A stretch of 52,683 nt of DNA, the filler included, from Squatina squatina (Eukaryota): assembly GCA_031763465.1 (NCBI GenBank). It is 3 parts of 2 records of this genome, joined end to end, with 100 filler letters (N's around TTAATTAATTAA, not from the genome) between each part and the next. Parts side by side here need not be neighbours in the genome. Positions count along the whole stretch, not along the records: positions 1 to 20,202 come from JARFOE010000192.1; 2 more parts are not named here. One strand, written 5' to 3'. This document shows positions 1-12,101 of this stretch, in pieces (within the stretch, counting starts at the first letter, position 1; every line of letters begins with the position of its first letter). A program made the position numbers and the translations under genes. The notes beneath the pieces were generated by a model, which had not been told where the DNA came from, ran no database searches, and saw only the letters and a list, made by a program, of their open reading frames with translations.

Positions 1-1157
1 TGTAGTTGTCCGATTCTCACTGCAGTACCAACATGCTGTAGGGAATTTCAAACATATAACCCAGGTTCAGCCATCTGTAGCACAGCATGCCAGTTCACTA
101 GTTCATTATGTCACCAGGGAATCTCCAATACAACACTCATCTTAAGTTTTCTTTTCAGCTGAATTAATGGGGCTCATGATGATGGAACACACCATGCTGT
201 TCGACAATTCTTTAAGCTGGCTTCAGATCTAATGTTGGGTGGAATGTGATAGCACCAGTAACATTAGCAACATCCAGACACTAAAGTGCTAACTACTTCA
301 CTACTCTCTTAAAATAAATGAGGTTTTGCTATGGAAACAGAAGCAAGATTTTTTTCTTGTTTTTGTAAAGTATAATATATATCAAAACAATTTTAAGGTG
401 CATAGCCATAGAAAGATATTTAGCCAAACCATGCATGTGCTCTACCCCGTTTCAGCTGGCAGTCCAGCCAAAGAGGAGTCCAGAAGATAAGTATTTATTT
501 TGTGGGACAGGGAGGAGTAAGAGCATTCCTTAGGACTCGTTCAAAACAACATCCATTACATTTTGTTTTAACTTTAGTGAAATTGTATGAGCAAGTGTAG
601 CTAATCAGACTACAAATCCTTTTGAAGAGACATTGTTACTTGTTAAAATATTGAGTAAGATGCTTTGGAGGATTCAGAATCTTGTCTGCTGCTAGTCATG
701 TTAAAAAGTGTGAAAGAAACTTGAGAAAAGGATGCACTATTTTAGCTACAGCACATATTTGGCCCAGCAGCCATTGCAATGACAACTTAGTGAAACGTTT
801 GGAATTGGCTATTTGAGAACTTTGTAGGACCTTAAGCTCACCTGCAGGGCTTTTGAATTTATATATTTCCAAAGGGCAAGAATATAGGAACAAAATATGT
901 CTTTGCTTATCATCACTTTTGCTGACTTATTTAGTTTTAGTCTCCTCTGTGTCACATAGCATTCCCTACCTGTATTCAGGCCTCTTTCAATACTGCTCTA
1001 TCTCGGAAACTAAAACTGAGTCCTCAAAGATGAGCAGAACCATTATTACATCATTAANNNNNNNNNNNNNNNNNNNNNNNNNNNNNNNNNNNNNNNNNNN
1101 NNNNNNNNNNNNNNNNNNNNNNNNNNNNNNNNNNNNNNNNNNNNNNNNNNNNNNNNN

Positions 1158-1730
1158 ACGCTAAATCAAGCGTTCCATTTCCTTTCCGGGGTGGCAGCTG
1201 GGTGCATGGCTCAGCAGTGTTAGGCACTGGGCTGCATCGTGCTGCCATGTAGGAGGGTCTCTTCCCTGAATTAAAGGGAGGGGTCAAGCTGCATACTCTG
1301 CAGAATAAAAAGGGCCCTACCTGGACCACCGGGGAGCAGGGGTGCCACGTGATCAGCCCGTCACTCAAGTGCTGGGCTGAGTGATGGCGGCAACGACCCC
1401 ATGTCCAAAGCGGCACTACTGAGGAAAACAAAATCGGAGACTCCCCTTTAAATTGCGCCCCGCCTGGTACGCAACCCCTGAAGCTGTCGTTGTCATCGCC
1501 CGGTGCTGCTTCAGGGGGCGATATCCAATTTAAGGTCCGGTGCGCTGCGCACGGTGATGATGTCACAATCTACAGGGGCAGGAGATCGGGGCGCAACGCT
1601 GTAGCACTGCCGCTAAACTCTTTGCCAAACTTAGTGAGAGTCGTTAGCGGCATCGCACCCAGTCACAAAGTCGTTTGCGCTCCATTTCAGAATGGCTAAT
1701 GACCATTAGCTCACCCATTAAACGCTACAA
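1158..1730. mobile_element. GC-rich non-autonomous DNA transposon, probably Harbinger-derived; related to 41583-42200
   Basis: GC-rich island in AT-rich intron. Shares motifs (aattaaagggga, cacggtgatgatgtca / cacggcgatgacatca) with the element at 41.6-42.2 kb. Ends approximate. Confidence 0.55.
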
Positions 1731-1896
1731 ACTCAAAGCTGATTGTTGAGTCTGATTAAAAACCACACAGCATAATGACAGCATAAATATAAATTAATGA
1801 TGATCTTACAAAAATGCTTGCAGCTCGACAGAAAATACTCAAGGCGGTTTAGTAGATTTAGATTCCTTATTTGTTGGACACCTTTGAGATACTTAC

Positions 1897-2109
1897 TGCT
1901 TCTTTTGTTAATGTGCAGTGGACTTTTTTAAGGTCTGTAACAGGACACCAGATTTCAGCTATCAAACACTTCTGAGTGATATCTATGTTACAAAGATTTA
2001 GCGTATAATAAATTGCCTTCATCTTCTTTACTTTAACATTCCACTTGTGAACGTCCTTAGCAGCAGAGAGCAGCAAATTCTTACGGTGTTTTTCTGTCTG
2101 GACAAGTAT
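1897..2109 (-). CDS. Internal exon (213 bp, phase 0/0) of a V-ATPase V0 subunit a gene, ATP6V0A1-like paralogue
   Basis: Translates as [71 protein letters not shown], matching the a1 motif [32 protein letters not shown]. Flanked on the - strand by ttttctaacag and gtaagt; no stops. Confidence 0.95.
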
Positions 2110-2610
2110 CTGTTAGAAAAATGAAATAAATATCCTTATTATAATTAAAGATTATTTTTGATGCACATGATCTTCCCAGTATACTGAAAAAACAGCGCAT
2201 AGTTACATTATAGATTGCACCACAGAAATATTACTTAAAGATACTTTCTTAATGCTCAAACCAATCACAACTCAAGCGATCAGCGTAATTATCAGGTAAT
2301 ACCAAAGCCCATTCACAGCATGCAACCTGTGGCTCAACTGCAGATGAAGAGACAATTACCAGATTTGTTTATCTCTTATATTAAAATTAAATTAAATCAA
2401 AGGTACAGAAAAATATCTGAAGAAAAACATTTTCACTTTTGACACCTTCAACACTTCTGAAAAACTGTGATAATTAGTTGCGTTTGTTGTCTAGGTGATC
2501 TTGTGTGTTTATTGGACAGTTACATTGTCAGTCAGAATTCTCTGCCTAAATTTGATCAATCAGCTGTCAGTCAAACTGAATATAAAATCAAGGTACATTT
2601 TAATAACATA

Positions 2611-2684
2611 CAAACAAAAATTGCTGGAAAAACTCAGCAGGTCAGGCAGCATCTGTGGAGAGAAAAGCAGAGTCAACGTTTCGG
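2611..2684 (-). mobile_element. Terminal repeat fragment of a Penelope-like element
   Basis: ttgctggaaaaactcagcaggtcaggcagcatctgtggagagaaaagcagagtcaacgtttcgg is near-identical to 21870-21940 at the end of the Penelope element; truncated by a gap. Confidence 0.8.
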
Positions 2685-2995
2685 NNNNNNNNNNNNNNNN
2701 NNNNNNNNNNNNNNNNNNNNNNNNNNNNNNNNNNNNNNNNNNNNNNNNNNNNNNNNNNNNNNNNNNNNNNNNNNNNNNNNNNNNTTTTAAATCACAGAAC
2801 AATCCTGTATTATTTTCTTTAACAGCATATTTATGTGCACTTTTTATAAATACCCTAAAACAGACTCTGATTTTTTACAATAAATGTTATGCACATTAGA
2901 AAGGAATCTATGTTGAATCACAGAGGAAGAAGACAGCAATTTCCTGCAGAATCAGTAAATGAGGATAGCTAGTGGTTGCAGAAATCAATACTTAC

Positions 2996-3093
2996 TTCCA
3001 ATTCAATTACATCCCTTGGGCAAGGGGCCTTATCATTTTCTGCACTTTCAATGATTTGGATATTAGCTTTTGGAATTTCTTTTTCTAAAAAGC
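2996..3093 (-). CDS. Third coding exon (98 bp) of the V-ATPase subunit a gene
   Basis: (R)FLEKEIPKANIQIIESAENDKAPCPRDVIELE, compare a1 FVEKEIRKANIPIMDTGENPEVPFPRDMIDLE. Polypyrimidine acceptor ending tgcag, donor gtaagt, phase matches the preceding exon. Confidence 0.93.
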
Positions 3094-3250
3094 CTGCAAA
3101 AAAGAAAAAAAGATACACTGTGAGACATAGCACTCAACTTCAAGTACTTGTCAGTTTTTAATAATGGTGATTAATTCATTTTTTAAAATAAATTACACGA
3201 GTAAAATTTTAATTATCCAACTGAGATATAATCTCTACATCAAAACCTAC

Positions 3251-3329
3251 GTAGAATTCTTTCCAACTCTTCACATCGTCTGACCTCATTCACAAATTTC
3301 CTCTGGAAAGCAATGATTCCTGGATTCAG
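3251..3329 (-). CDS. Second coding exon (79 bp) of the V-ATPase subunit a gene
   Basis: LNPGIIAFQRKFVNEVRRCEELERIL(R) contains the conserved FQRKFVNEVRRC motif. Acceptor ctgcag, donor gtaggt. Confidence 0.95.
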
Positions 3330-3665
3330 CTGCAGGAGTGTGGGAAGAATCAGATGGGATGTTACCAATGTGAAAGGGATACTGATCGCAATAATTTCCC
3401 TGATATTTAAATTGTTGATTTCCTATTGATACTCTTAATCGCTTACTCAAAATTTACTATTTGAATAGAGAACATATGTGAGAAGCTGCCTGGATTGTGG
3501 AGGGAAAAAAGCCAAGAGAGCTGTGCATCATTTTCACCTGAAGGTATCACGTGCAAGCAATGTGAAGGTGTGTTTGATTACGGTTTGTAGCACTGCGTCA
3601 CATCTTAGTAAACAAAATGAAAATAGGTTTGTCAACAACTTTTTTTTAATGTAGAAGGTACTCAC

Positions 3666-3707
3666 ATCTCTGAATTGTACAAGTCCTAACTCTCCCAGTT
3701 CATTAAC
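3666..3707 (-). CDS. 3' remnant of the first coding exon of the V-ATPase subunit a gene; 5' part replaced by CR1 sequence
   Basis: VNELGELGLVQFRD followed by donor gtgagt, phase 0 into the LNP exon. The expected N-terminal MG.LFRSEEM...AY segment is absent, and reading upstream reaches an in-frame TAG near 3742 with no ATG. Confidence 0.88.
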
Positions 3708-3980
3708 AAGAGGGAGAGGGATAAACCTGGTAATTATAGGCTAACCTGATTGACTTCTTTCATGAAGTAACAGAGGGAGTTGATGTATATATGGATTTTT
3801 AAAAGGCATTTGATAAAGTATCACGTAACAGACTTATTCAGAAACTGGAAGCACGTGGCATTAAAGGGATGGTGGTAACTTGAGCATGTCATTGGCTAAG
3901 GGATAGGAGGGAGAGAGTAGTGGTGAATGGATGTGTTACTGACTGGAAAGAAGTATGCAGTGGTGTCCCCCAGGGATTAG
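3708..3980 (+). mobile_element. CR1 LINE reverse transcriptase fragment, internally deleted
   Basis: Reads RDKPGNYR / NLIDFFHEVTEGVDVYMDF*KAFDKVS...WLRDRRERVVVNG...SGVPQG, which are CR1 RT motifs; runs into a gap. Confidence 0.9.
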
Positions 3981-5109
3981 NNNNNNNNNNNNNNNNNNNN
4001 NNNNNNNNNNNNNNNNNNNNNNNNNNNNNNNNNNNNNNNNNNNNNNNNNNNNNNNNNNNNNNNNNNNNNNNNNNNNNNNNCTACATGGTAAGCACTTGAT
4101 TCAAATGCAGTATATCTCGGTGGACCAATGATTTATTAATGATCAAGGGAATAGACCAAGTTCAGTAAAGTTGGGTCAGAATGTTTCTTAAATTTATTAA
4201 AATAGCCCCTTCTATACTCACTGATTTTATAGACTTTTCTTTAAAGAAATAACTCCTCAATCTTTTTAATGGATTCATGACTAATCTAATAATTCTTACT
4301 TAGTTTGTCAGAAGAGTAGCTCATAATGAAAGCTTCTTAATCCAATTATTTTTAAAAAATGTATTATCAGGGGAATTGATTTAATATTCTAGAATTCCAA
4401 GTAGGTTTCAAAACAGAAAGCTGGAGCAACGTAAAAGAAAATCCTACAAATGTTTCTATTCACATGCTACAATAATTTGTGAGGCATTTACTGGGCTGAA
4501 TTGCACAATATCAGCAGATTTGTCAAGGCAGCTGAAACGAGGCTTCAATATTTGTATAATCTGTTGGGTAACAATTCAAGTTGTTCCATGGGCTTCATTA
4601 TACCTGTTGTCCAATTCTAAGTACGGCTGTCTTAAAGGTGTCATCAGCCATGACTCTAGGGAATATCCCTGGTTTCCAATCAACCACCTCAAGTCATTGT
4701 TTTGGCTGCTCAAAGCAGGTATGGTTGATTGGCAAGTATGAAAGAGTCATGACAGCTATCTGGGTAGTGCTCATTGACATGCAACATCATGTGTCTTGAA
4801 ATAGCTGAACGCTAATGGAACATTTATCCATACCTTTGATTAAATTGAGCTAGCTTGCAAGGCCATGAGTGCAGTCAGTGGTTCCTTCACCTGTGGGAAC
4901 CCAGATAGCCTGTAAATGCTGACTGTTCAATCTCTTGTCTCAGCATGGCAGCACTCCTGATCCTGACAGTGGCAGTCGCTGCATGTGCCTGGCACTGAGG
5001 CTCCCCAGANNNNNNNNNNNNNNNNNNNNNNNNNNNNNNNNNNNNNNNNNNNNNNNNNNNNNNNNNNNNNNNNNNNNNNNNNNNNNNNNNNNNNNNNNNN
5101 NNNNNNNNN

Positions 5110-5335
5110 GTCATCTACATCAATCAATGTGAGACCCATGCAATGTCAAGGTAGTGTAGTGCCTCCGGGGCGAGTGAGGCCTCTCAGCACTTAGCGCCTA
5201 AAGTGGCCAATTTTTGCCTCCCGGGAAAAAATGGCGAACTTTGTAATGTCATAGCGCCTCCAAATTGAGGCGGTACTGAGGCACTAACTTTTGCCTTAAC
5301 GCCGCTGCAGAGGTGTCATCCAATTTCATCCCCAT
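5110..5335. mobile_element. End of a Harbinger-type non-autonomous element
   Basis: GC-rich, ends in caatttcatcccca-taa, resembling the aatttcaccccc-tta end at 42200. Confidence 0.5.
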
Positions 5336-5365
5336 AATGTTTTTCAACATACATGTGAATTAGAC

Positions 5366-6270
5366 CAGGGGTTCTCAACCTTTTTGCCCTCCTCCTGTGA
5401 TATAAAAATTCCATGGACACGCTGTAACACAACACGAGTATTTTTTTCTGTATAAAAAATAGTTATACAATTAAACATATATATTTATTATTATTTTTGT
5501 TTTTCTTACTTAATATGAAACTTGTTGCTGGTGCTGAATGACTCCTATCACACGGTAAAAACCAGCAGCAAATTCACGTACAGCAGGATCCCAAAACAGA
5601 AAATCATAATATACGAAGTGCAAAATGGTGTATTTATATAAAAGGTCAAATTTCATGGCCGTTGGCACCTTGCGTGAGTGATGCCTCTGGGACTTGGCTC
5701 GAGACCGTGAGCTCCCGTCGGCAGCGGCAGCAAGCAGTTTGATCAGCCGCCCATGCTGTGCTGGGCTCTGTAAACAGCTGCCACAGACAAGCAGTGGTCA
5801 GCCGCATAACGAGTGAAAGGTGAAGTCAGCCGAACATTCGCCGACGTTCTTGGGTTAATTCTTGGCCCATTACCTCATAAAACGGACATCAAACCCCACT
5901 GACCTGTTGCGCCGCTTACCCGATTTAAACGTGGTGGGCAGGAGAGCACACGCCGCGCCTGCCTGGAAAAGAGCTGCTGCTGACTGTCACTGATGGATCT
6001 GGGGCAGGAGAGGGGGCGGGTGCCTCCTCTCCTCCCAACATCAGCAGCAGTGGCAGTGGCACATCTTGTGTTTTACTTCTCTCATGTTATCTTATGCTTC
6101 TCCCCATTTTGGCAGTGTGCAATTTCATGAAAGGTGCTCCCAGTGCATGCCAGGAATAGCGCAGAGGAAGTTCTATCACATAATGGGATTGTTTTAACAA
6201 AGATTTTTTTTCTTGAAAGATACTGATTTGGCAGACCCCTTGAAAATTTCTCACGGCCCCCACTTAGACC
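5366..6270. mobile_element. hAT (Charlie-like) non-autonomous transposon remnant
   Basis: Begins with caggggttctcaaccttttt, a typical hAT-Charlie terminus. GC-rich interior; subterminal-like gacccct...cacggcccc near 6235-6262. Right terminus not intact. Confidence 0.5.
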
Positions 6271-7460
6271 TTGGATTGTATTCACAACAGTCTTAAAATA
6301 TGAGCAATAAGTTTTAGCCTGCTGGAAGCCATGGCTCTTGCCAACACTACTAGATGAGTAACAGCGGAAAATATAATTAATTTAATGACTAGGAAACATA
6401 GCAAAGCAGGCAAAGTGCTGAAAATGTGATGAGGAACTAATTTAGCTATCAGCTATATTGATTTCACCCTGACCTTCCCTGGAGGGTTGACTGAAAGTTG
6501 GCTGGTTGTACATTGTCAGTGATATGCAGCTTAATCTAAAAGAACAGGATTATAGAAAAGAAGAAATTACATTCTCTAAAGCAGACATCTTTAACACCTT
6601 TATTATTTCAATCTGATAGTCATGTTCAGACATTACTGCATATTCTGGAAGTGCACTCCACAACATGCTTCACTCTTAAGAACAATAATTGCTTTTCATG
6701 TTGCATTAGAAATAATTTATTCTCCGAGGCATTGCATGGCTGTGGGAAATAAATGTCGTTTAAGCCACCGAGCTAAGAACCAACATAACTGAGGGTATCT
6801 AAATACATCAGCTGCCCTCAGATTTTGGCAGTATATTTGTCCAAATGAAAAATAAATATTATGATTTGTGCTGGCATTTTTAGGCTTTAACCCATTTTCA
6901 TATGAATCCAGACTGAATCCCTCATGAAAATATTTTGCCACATTTGCTGAAAACTTCAAATTATCATATGCATTCGGTGACAATTCTTTAGATAATGTAA
7001 AATGAAATAACCAGCACAAGCATGCTGATTATCTCATGACTTATAACAAAAAACCTAAAGCTAGAAATTACTGTTGGTGATACTAATGGCTGAACATTGC
7101 ACGCATTCTCTAGTATTCCCTTCTTGGCTATGTTAGCACAGGCATTAACACAATGATTTGACACCTCTGCTAAAATAATATCATGGGTACCTTGTCCACG
7201 AATATCACCAACAGTAATTTTTAGGCTCAATTGTTTTGGCAAGAATAAAAATTAGATCAAATGAAACACATAAAAGTAAAGAAAAACACAATTAGGAAAG
7301 AATAAATGATCATTTAAATCCTCTGAATTTATAGGTTCTTGGAACTGTAAATTAAAGTGAAACATTAGGGCTTGTGAAGTAGGAGGAAGCAATAGTATTT
7401 CTTACTTCTGTTCTTAAGTCTTATAGGAATTACTTACGACAATCACGCCACCCACATTAT

Positions 7461-8290
7461 GGCCATGATTTCCCCTAGCTGGGAGGCGTCAAGGCGGGAG
7501 ATGGCCGCAGCGGAGGACAACCCTCCTGCGGTGATCCCGGCCAAAAGAAGATCTTCCCCTAATGGGCCTTGTTAGGCCCGCCCTGCGTGTTTCCCGGCCC
7601 AATTAAAAGGAGTGGGTCTGGTGACGTCACTGGATGACATGATTCTTGCCATATGCCTAGTGGAGGGAGTGAGAGCACATAGGGAGGCTTTTTTCCCTGC
7701 GGATGGCTGGAAGAGGCCTCCCCACCAGACAAAAGCAGCGTGGCATCACATAGCCCAAGATACAACGGCCATTTCAGTAGTGCTTTGCACCTGCGGCCAA
7801 TGCTGGAAAAAGTTCAATGATCTAAGATCAGGAAAAGTGAGTTTAAAGCTACACTTACCTTGATGTTGCTGTGCCTGTCATCACATCCCCACCACTGTGC
7901 ATTGCCAACCCTATCCCTGCACAGCGTTACTCACCCCCTTGGACTTTAATCCATCCCTCTCTCTCTATTTACATTATCAGGTCCCCATCTTATTTCCACC
8001 CCTCACACTCAGCCTCTTTGTAATGCAATGACAGCAAGTAACAGCACAAAAGTAGACAATTTGGTATCGCCAAGCCACTCCGCCAAAGTTTCCCTGTGAA
8101 GCTGTATCCCATTCCATAAATTATACTCATTCCATCAGTCTCAATCAACCTTCTCTTCTTTCCCTCCTTGCAGGAAAAGATTGCCCACAATAAGAGGGAG
8201 AGGAAGAGAATGGGAGGAGGCAATCAATTGATATATTATTTGACTCACATGGAGGAGGCAACACTGGAGATTGCGAGAGTGGTGGAGCTT
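7461..8290 (+). mobile_element. Harbinger transposon remnant carrying a two-exon Myb/SANT-like DNA-binding protein gene
   Basis: LVEGVRAHREAFFPADGWKRPPHQTKAAWHHIAQ...QCWKKFNDLRSGK, donor gtgagt at 7837, acceptor ccttgcag at 8173, then EKIAHNKRERKRMGGG. This is the trihelix Myb/SANT signature of Harbinger accessory proteins. The N-terminus is missing. Confidence 0.8.
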
Positions 8291-11200
8291 CTGGAAGTGG
8301 GGGAAGGAGAGAGGGGCTGTAGAATTCAGGCTAGAATTCTTATTTTGCCCACAGAAAAGAATGGGCACTAAAATGATGGTTCAGTTTTGCAAGATGGACA
8401 CTGCAGAATTAAGGAACAGACAGACAGGCTCCTTTAAAACCACAANNNNNNNNNNNNNNNNNNNNNNNNNNNNNNNNNNNNNNNNNNNNNNNNNNNNNNN
8501 NNNNNNNNNNNNNNNNNNNNNNNNNNNNNNNNNNNNNNNNNNNNNATTGATATTTCCAGCTGTCTATACATCTTTGACATCTAATGGAGCCTTTACTTGG
8601 CATTTTTATATCAGAGCCATCATAACCTTTTAATGCCAGCATGTACCACTTTCATAGAAATATAAATCTTAAAGCTTGGCAGCTTAAGATCTTTAGACGG
8701 GCATGACATTCACTTCAGAGTGCCATATTGTAGTCACTCTTTTTCAAACCAAGTAAATTAAATAAAAGACTAAGACATCATTTCATTTCAAATTCGACTG
8801 TGCACTTTGAAGAGGACAAAATAGATGAGAGTTGAAGAATGTTCACTCTGGTTAAAGATTCACATGACTTCAATAAATATTGCATGGGAGGAATAGAATG
8901 AGGTGATTGGAGGTCACAGCTCTTACAGAATTGCCCGAATTTCTTGGCAGCTATGCACTACTTTAATCAAATATTTCCAGAGCTTGTGTTTGTTCATCAT
9001 TTTTCATCTACTGGCTGTGACATAAGGCAATTTTGAGTAAGTAAGGTTTTTAAAATGAAAAATAAAGTCAGCAGCTAAAGTCCCTCTACCCAGCAGAACC
9101 CAAAAGGGGGCAGTTCAAATGGAATGAGGGATTTATCCACTGACCTCCCGCCCTGAGCATGTCGGCTGCAATTTTAAATTGCAGAAACCAAGGACATCTG
9201 CCCGAAGCAGAGTAGAGAAGCATATGCAGATTGGGTCCCTATAAGGTCACTGGGGCCAGCCTGCAATACTAGCCTCGGGCCTGCACGGAGAAACCTTTGT
9301 GGCCAAACCTGCCAGAAACAGGAGCTGGATCCAGAAGTAAATTTGTTTGAGTTCTTTGTAGTTCCCTTGTGGGCCAGGAGGAGCATAATCATTCTGTGGT
9401 ATCCCTGCACACTAGTATAGTACAGATACAATGAGGGACATACTTCCACCAGATCCATTACCAAGTATCCCAAAGATAAGTTGAAGCAGTGTTNNNNNNN
9501 NNNNNNNNNNNNNNNNNNNNNNNNNNNNNNNNNNNNNNNNNNNNNNNNNNNNNNNNNNNNNNNNNNNNNNNNNNNNNNNNNNNNNNNNNNNNNTTGACTG
9601 GTTTGTGCCTGAAAGGTGTTGATACTGATCTAAAGTGGAATCCCTTGTGCAGACTTCATCATTGAGAACACAGGATGCCAATCAAGTACGGATTACCACC
9701 GTAATCTGTGATGCAAGTCTATAACCCCAGTGACTTCTAAATTAAACACGGGAACAAATTGTTTTTCCATGCATGCCTAACAAAATCAGCAAACAAGTCA
9801 TTTTTGAAAATTGTACAGCATTTATGCCCTGAGCTGGGAGAACTAAGGTTCAAATATCCTTCTGATATGCCTGAAAGTCAGAGCTGTAAAGTAAAGGCAT
9901 TGGCCTCTTGGTTTGATGGGGTCAAAAATCTGTGTTTTGGAACCCGAGATATATTTTATTCCAGAGGCTAGATGCTGCTACATTAAGGCCCTCTTTCAGC
10001 TGCACTTCTCAATGTAAATAACCTGGTGCCAAAGCAATCAGAGTCATCAAATTCTCCCTGGAAAAGAGTTTTGTAGGTGCCTTTGTCATGGCATTTGGTA
10101 TCAGGTCCACCATCTTTGATCAGGTCACCTGTGGTCAGACCCATCAGTCTGCCTGTACAGGCTATCAATGCACTTTGTACACATACACAAGGAGCTGCAC
10201 GTGCACAGTTAAAAATGGCCATTTCTGCAGTTCCTCCGGGGGTTCTGCCAATCTTTTGCTGATGTTGTGGTAGAAAATTAGAAGAATATTGCAGGAATTC
10301 TCCCCTATAGAATTTTACTCAAAGTGACGAATGCCGTCAAACCACAAAAGCAATAATATTAAACATGTAAATATTGTAAGTAGTTACATGTACAATAAAA
10401 ATGATCCACTTGTTTCAGGCCCCTCTTTATAATGACAATATAAGCTTCCTGTTTTAAATACATTTGGATGACATATATTATGTCAGCTGACCATTTTAAA
10501 GAGGCTAAAATCTAAAGAGGCTAGAATCAATATGTTCCATTGGAAAGCCTGAACCAGTTAGCATCACATTTTCATGTTCAATATTAGGAGAGCTGTATTA
10601 GCACCGTTGTAATGAATTATATGGAAACATTAATAACTGCGTGATATTTCTCAGTCCATATAATGGTGTACGTATAATGTTAAAGGTATCTAATTTCTGC
10701 TGAGAACCTGTGCTTTGGAGCTTGATAACCATGAAATCAGGTTTCAAATAATTAAATGTAAGATTTGAGAATCTGCCACGGTGAATACTGAAAAAATATA
10801 AGCCAAATTCTTCTTTATAATAGAAATTTATTCCAGTTAGCTAGCATAAATAAAAGGCTATGCAATATTTCAGCTCTGATTTCCTTTCACTGTTTATCAT
10901 GGATTAGCAAATTTTAGAAGAGTTTTTCTTATTCTGCAGCACGCTAATGGTTTCTCATGGGGAGAAGTCACAGAAGAATGGAAGACTGCTAATTATAGCT
11001 TCAATTCACTGTACGCAAATAGCAAAACAACAGGATGATACCAACAGCCATGCATGAAAAAGGATTTTTGAAAACAAACACTTGAAGTTCTAAACCAAAA
11101 TTCACCCAAGATAAAGCTTTCCTAAGGGGTTCTTTTCATTTTGAACTTGTGTTACTCAGGGAATTAAATTCACTGTGTCATTTTAAACACTGCNNNNNNN

Positions 11201-11735
11201 NNNNNNNNNNNNNNNNNNNNNNNNNNNNNNNNNNNNNNNNNNNNNNNNNNNNNNNNNNNNNNNNNNNNNNNNNNNNNNNNNNNNNNNNNNNNNGCTCATT
11301 TGAATGTTAATACATGGAGCCAATAAATCTCCAGATGCCTAAAGGCAGTTGTCAGTGAATAACCGTGTGCCGCAGTGACTTTTACTGCACAGCTGCTTTA
11401 TTCTTCAACCTGACAAAAAAGACTGAGAATTGTTCCTTTCAGCATTTATCCATCTCTGTCATATTAAATTGATGTTGCAAATTCGTACTTCCAGAAAATT
11501 TGCCTGTTATGAAGGGAAAGGAAAGTGACAGGAACACTCCTTATTACAAAACGTGCAAGCCTTCAGAAAGCTTGATTTTTCCTTCTGTTGTGCATGTAGT
11601 ATTCAGAAAATGTGGACAGGATAAATAAATTAAAACATCAAATAATCTGTAAGGGGTGAAACTCTGGATACAAATCTTAAAATCTTAGTTTTGTTGACTT
11701 ATTAAAAAAATTAAAAGCAACATCCAGTGATGTAG

Positions 11736-12101
11736 AACATAGATTCATAGAGTCATTACGGCACAGAAGGAGGCCATTCGGCCCATCGAGTCCATGCCGG
11801 CTCTCTGTAGAGCAATTCAGTCAGTCCCACTCCCCCACTCTATCCCCTTGGCCCTGGAAGTTGATTTCCCTCAAGTGCCTATCCAATTTCCTTTTGAAAC
11901 CATCGATCATTTCCATTTCCACCACCCTCGTAGGAGTGAGTTCCAGGTCATCACCACTCGCTGCGTTAAAAGGTTCTTCCTCACATCCCCCGAAATATTA
12001 AATCTGTGTCCCCTAGTCCTGGTACCATCAGCTAATGGAATCAGCTTTTTTTTGTCTGCCTTATCCAAACCTGTCATAATCTTGTACACCTCCATTAAAT
12101 C
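11736..12101 (-). mobile_element. CR1 LINE 3' end (RT C-terminus and 3' UTR)
   Basis: EVYKIMTGLDKAD...TRTRGHRF...RKNLLTQRVVMTWNSL on the - strand; CR1-type tail gaaggaggccattcggcccatcgagtc and catag microrepeats. Confidence 0.9.

Noticed and set aside
4081-4125. Minus-strand FESSAYHV just beyond the CR1 and gap, as the possible missing half of the V-ATPase first exon
   Set aside because: Only the SAY resemblance fits. The upstream residues (PPRYTA) do not match FRSEEM.L.QLFLQ and there is no ATG, so chance similarity is likely.
6717-7242. Two minus-strand ORFs of 100 and 84 aa
   Set aside because: No recognisable domain, non-ATG starts, weak splice signals.
9983-10273. Overlapping short ORFs with protein-like composition
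   Set aside because: No family match recalled and no convincing splice-site pair.
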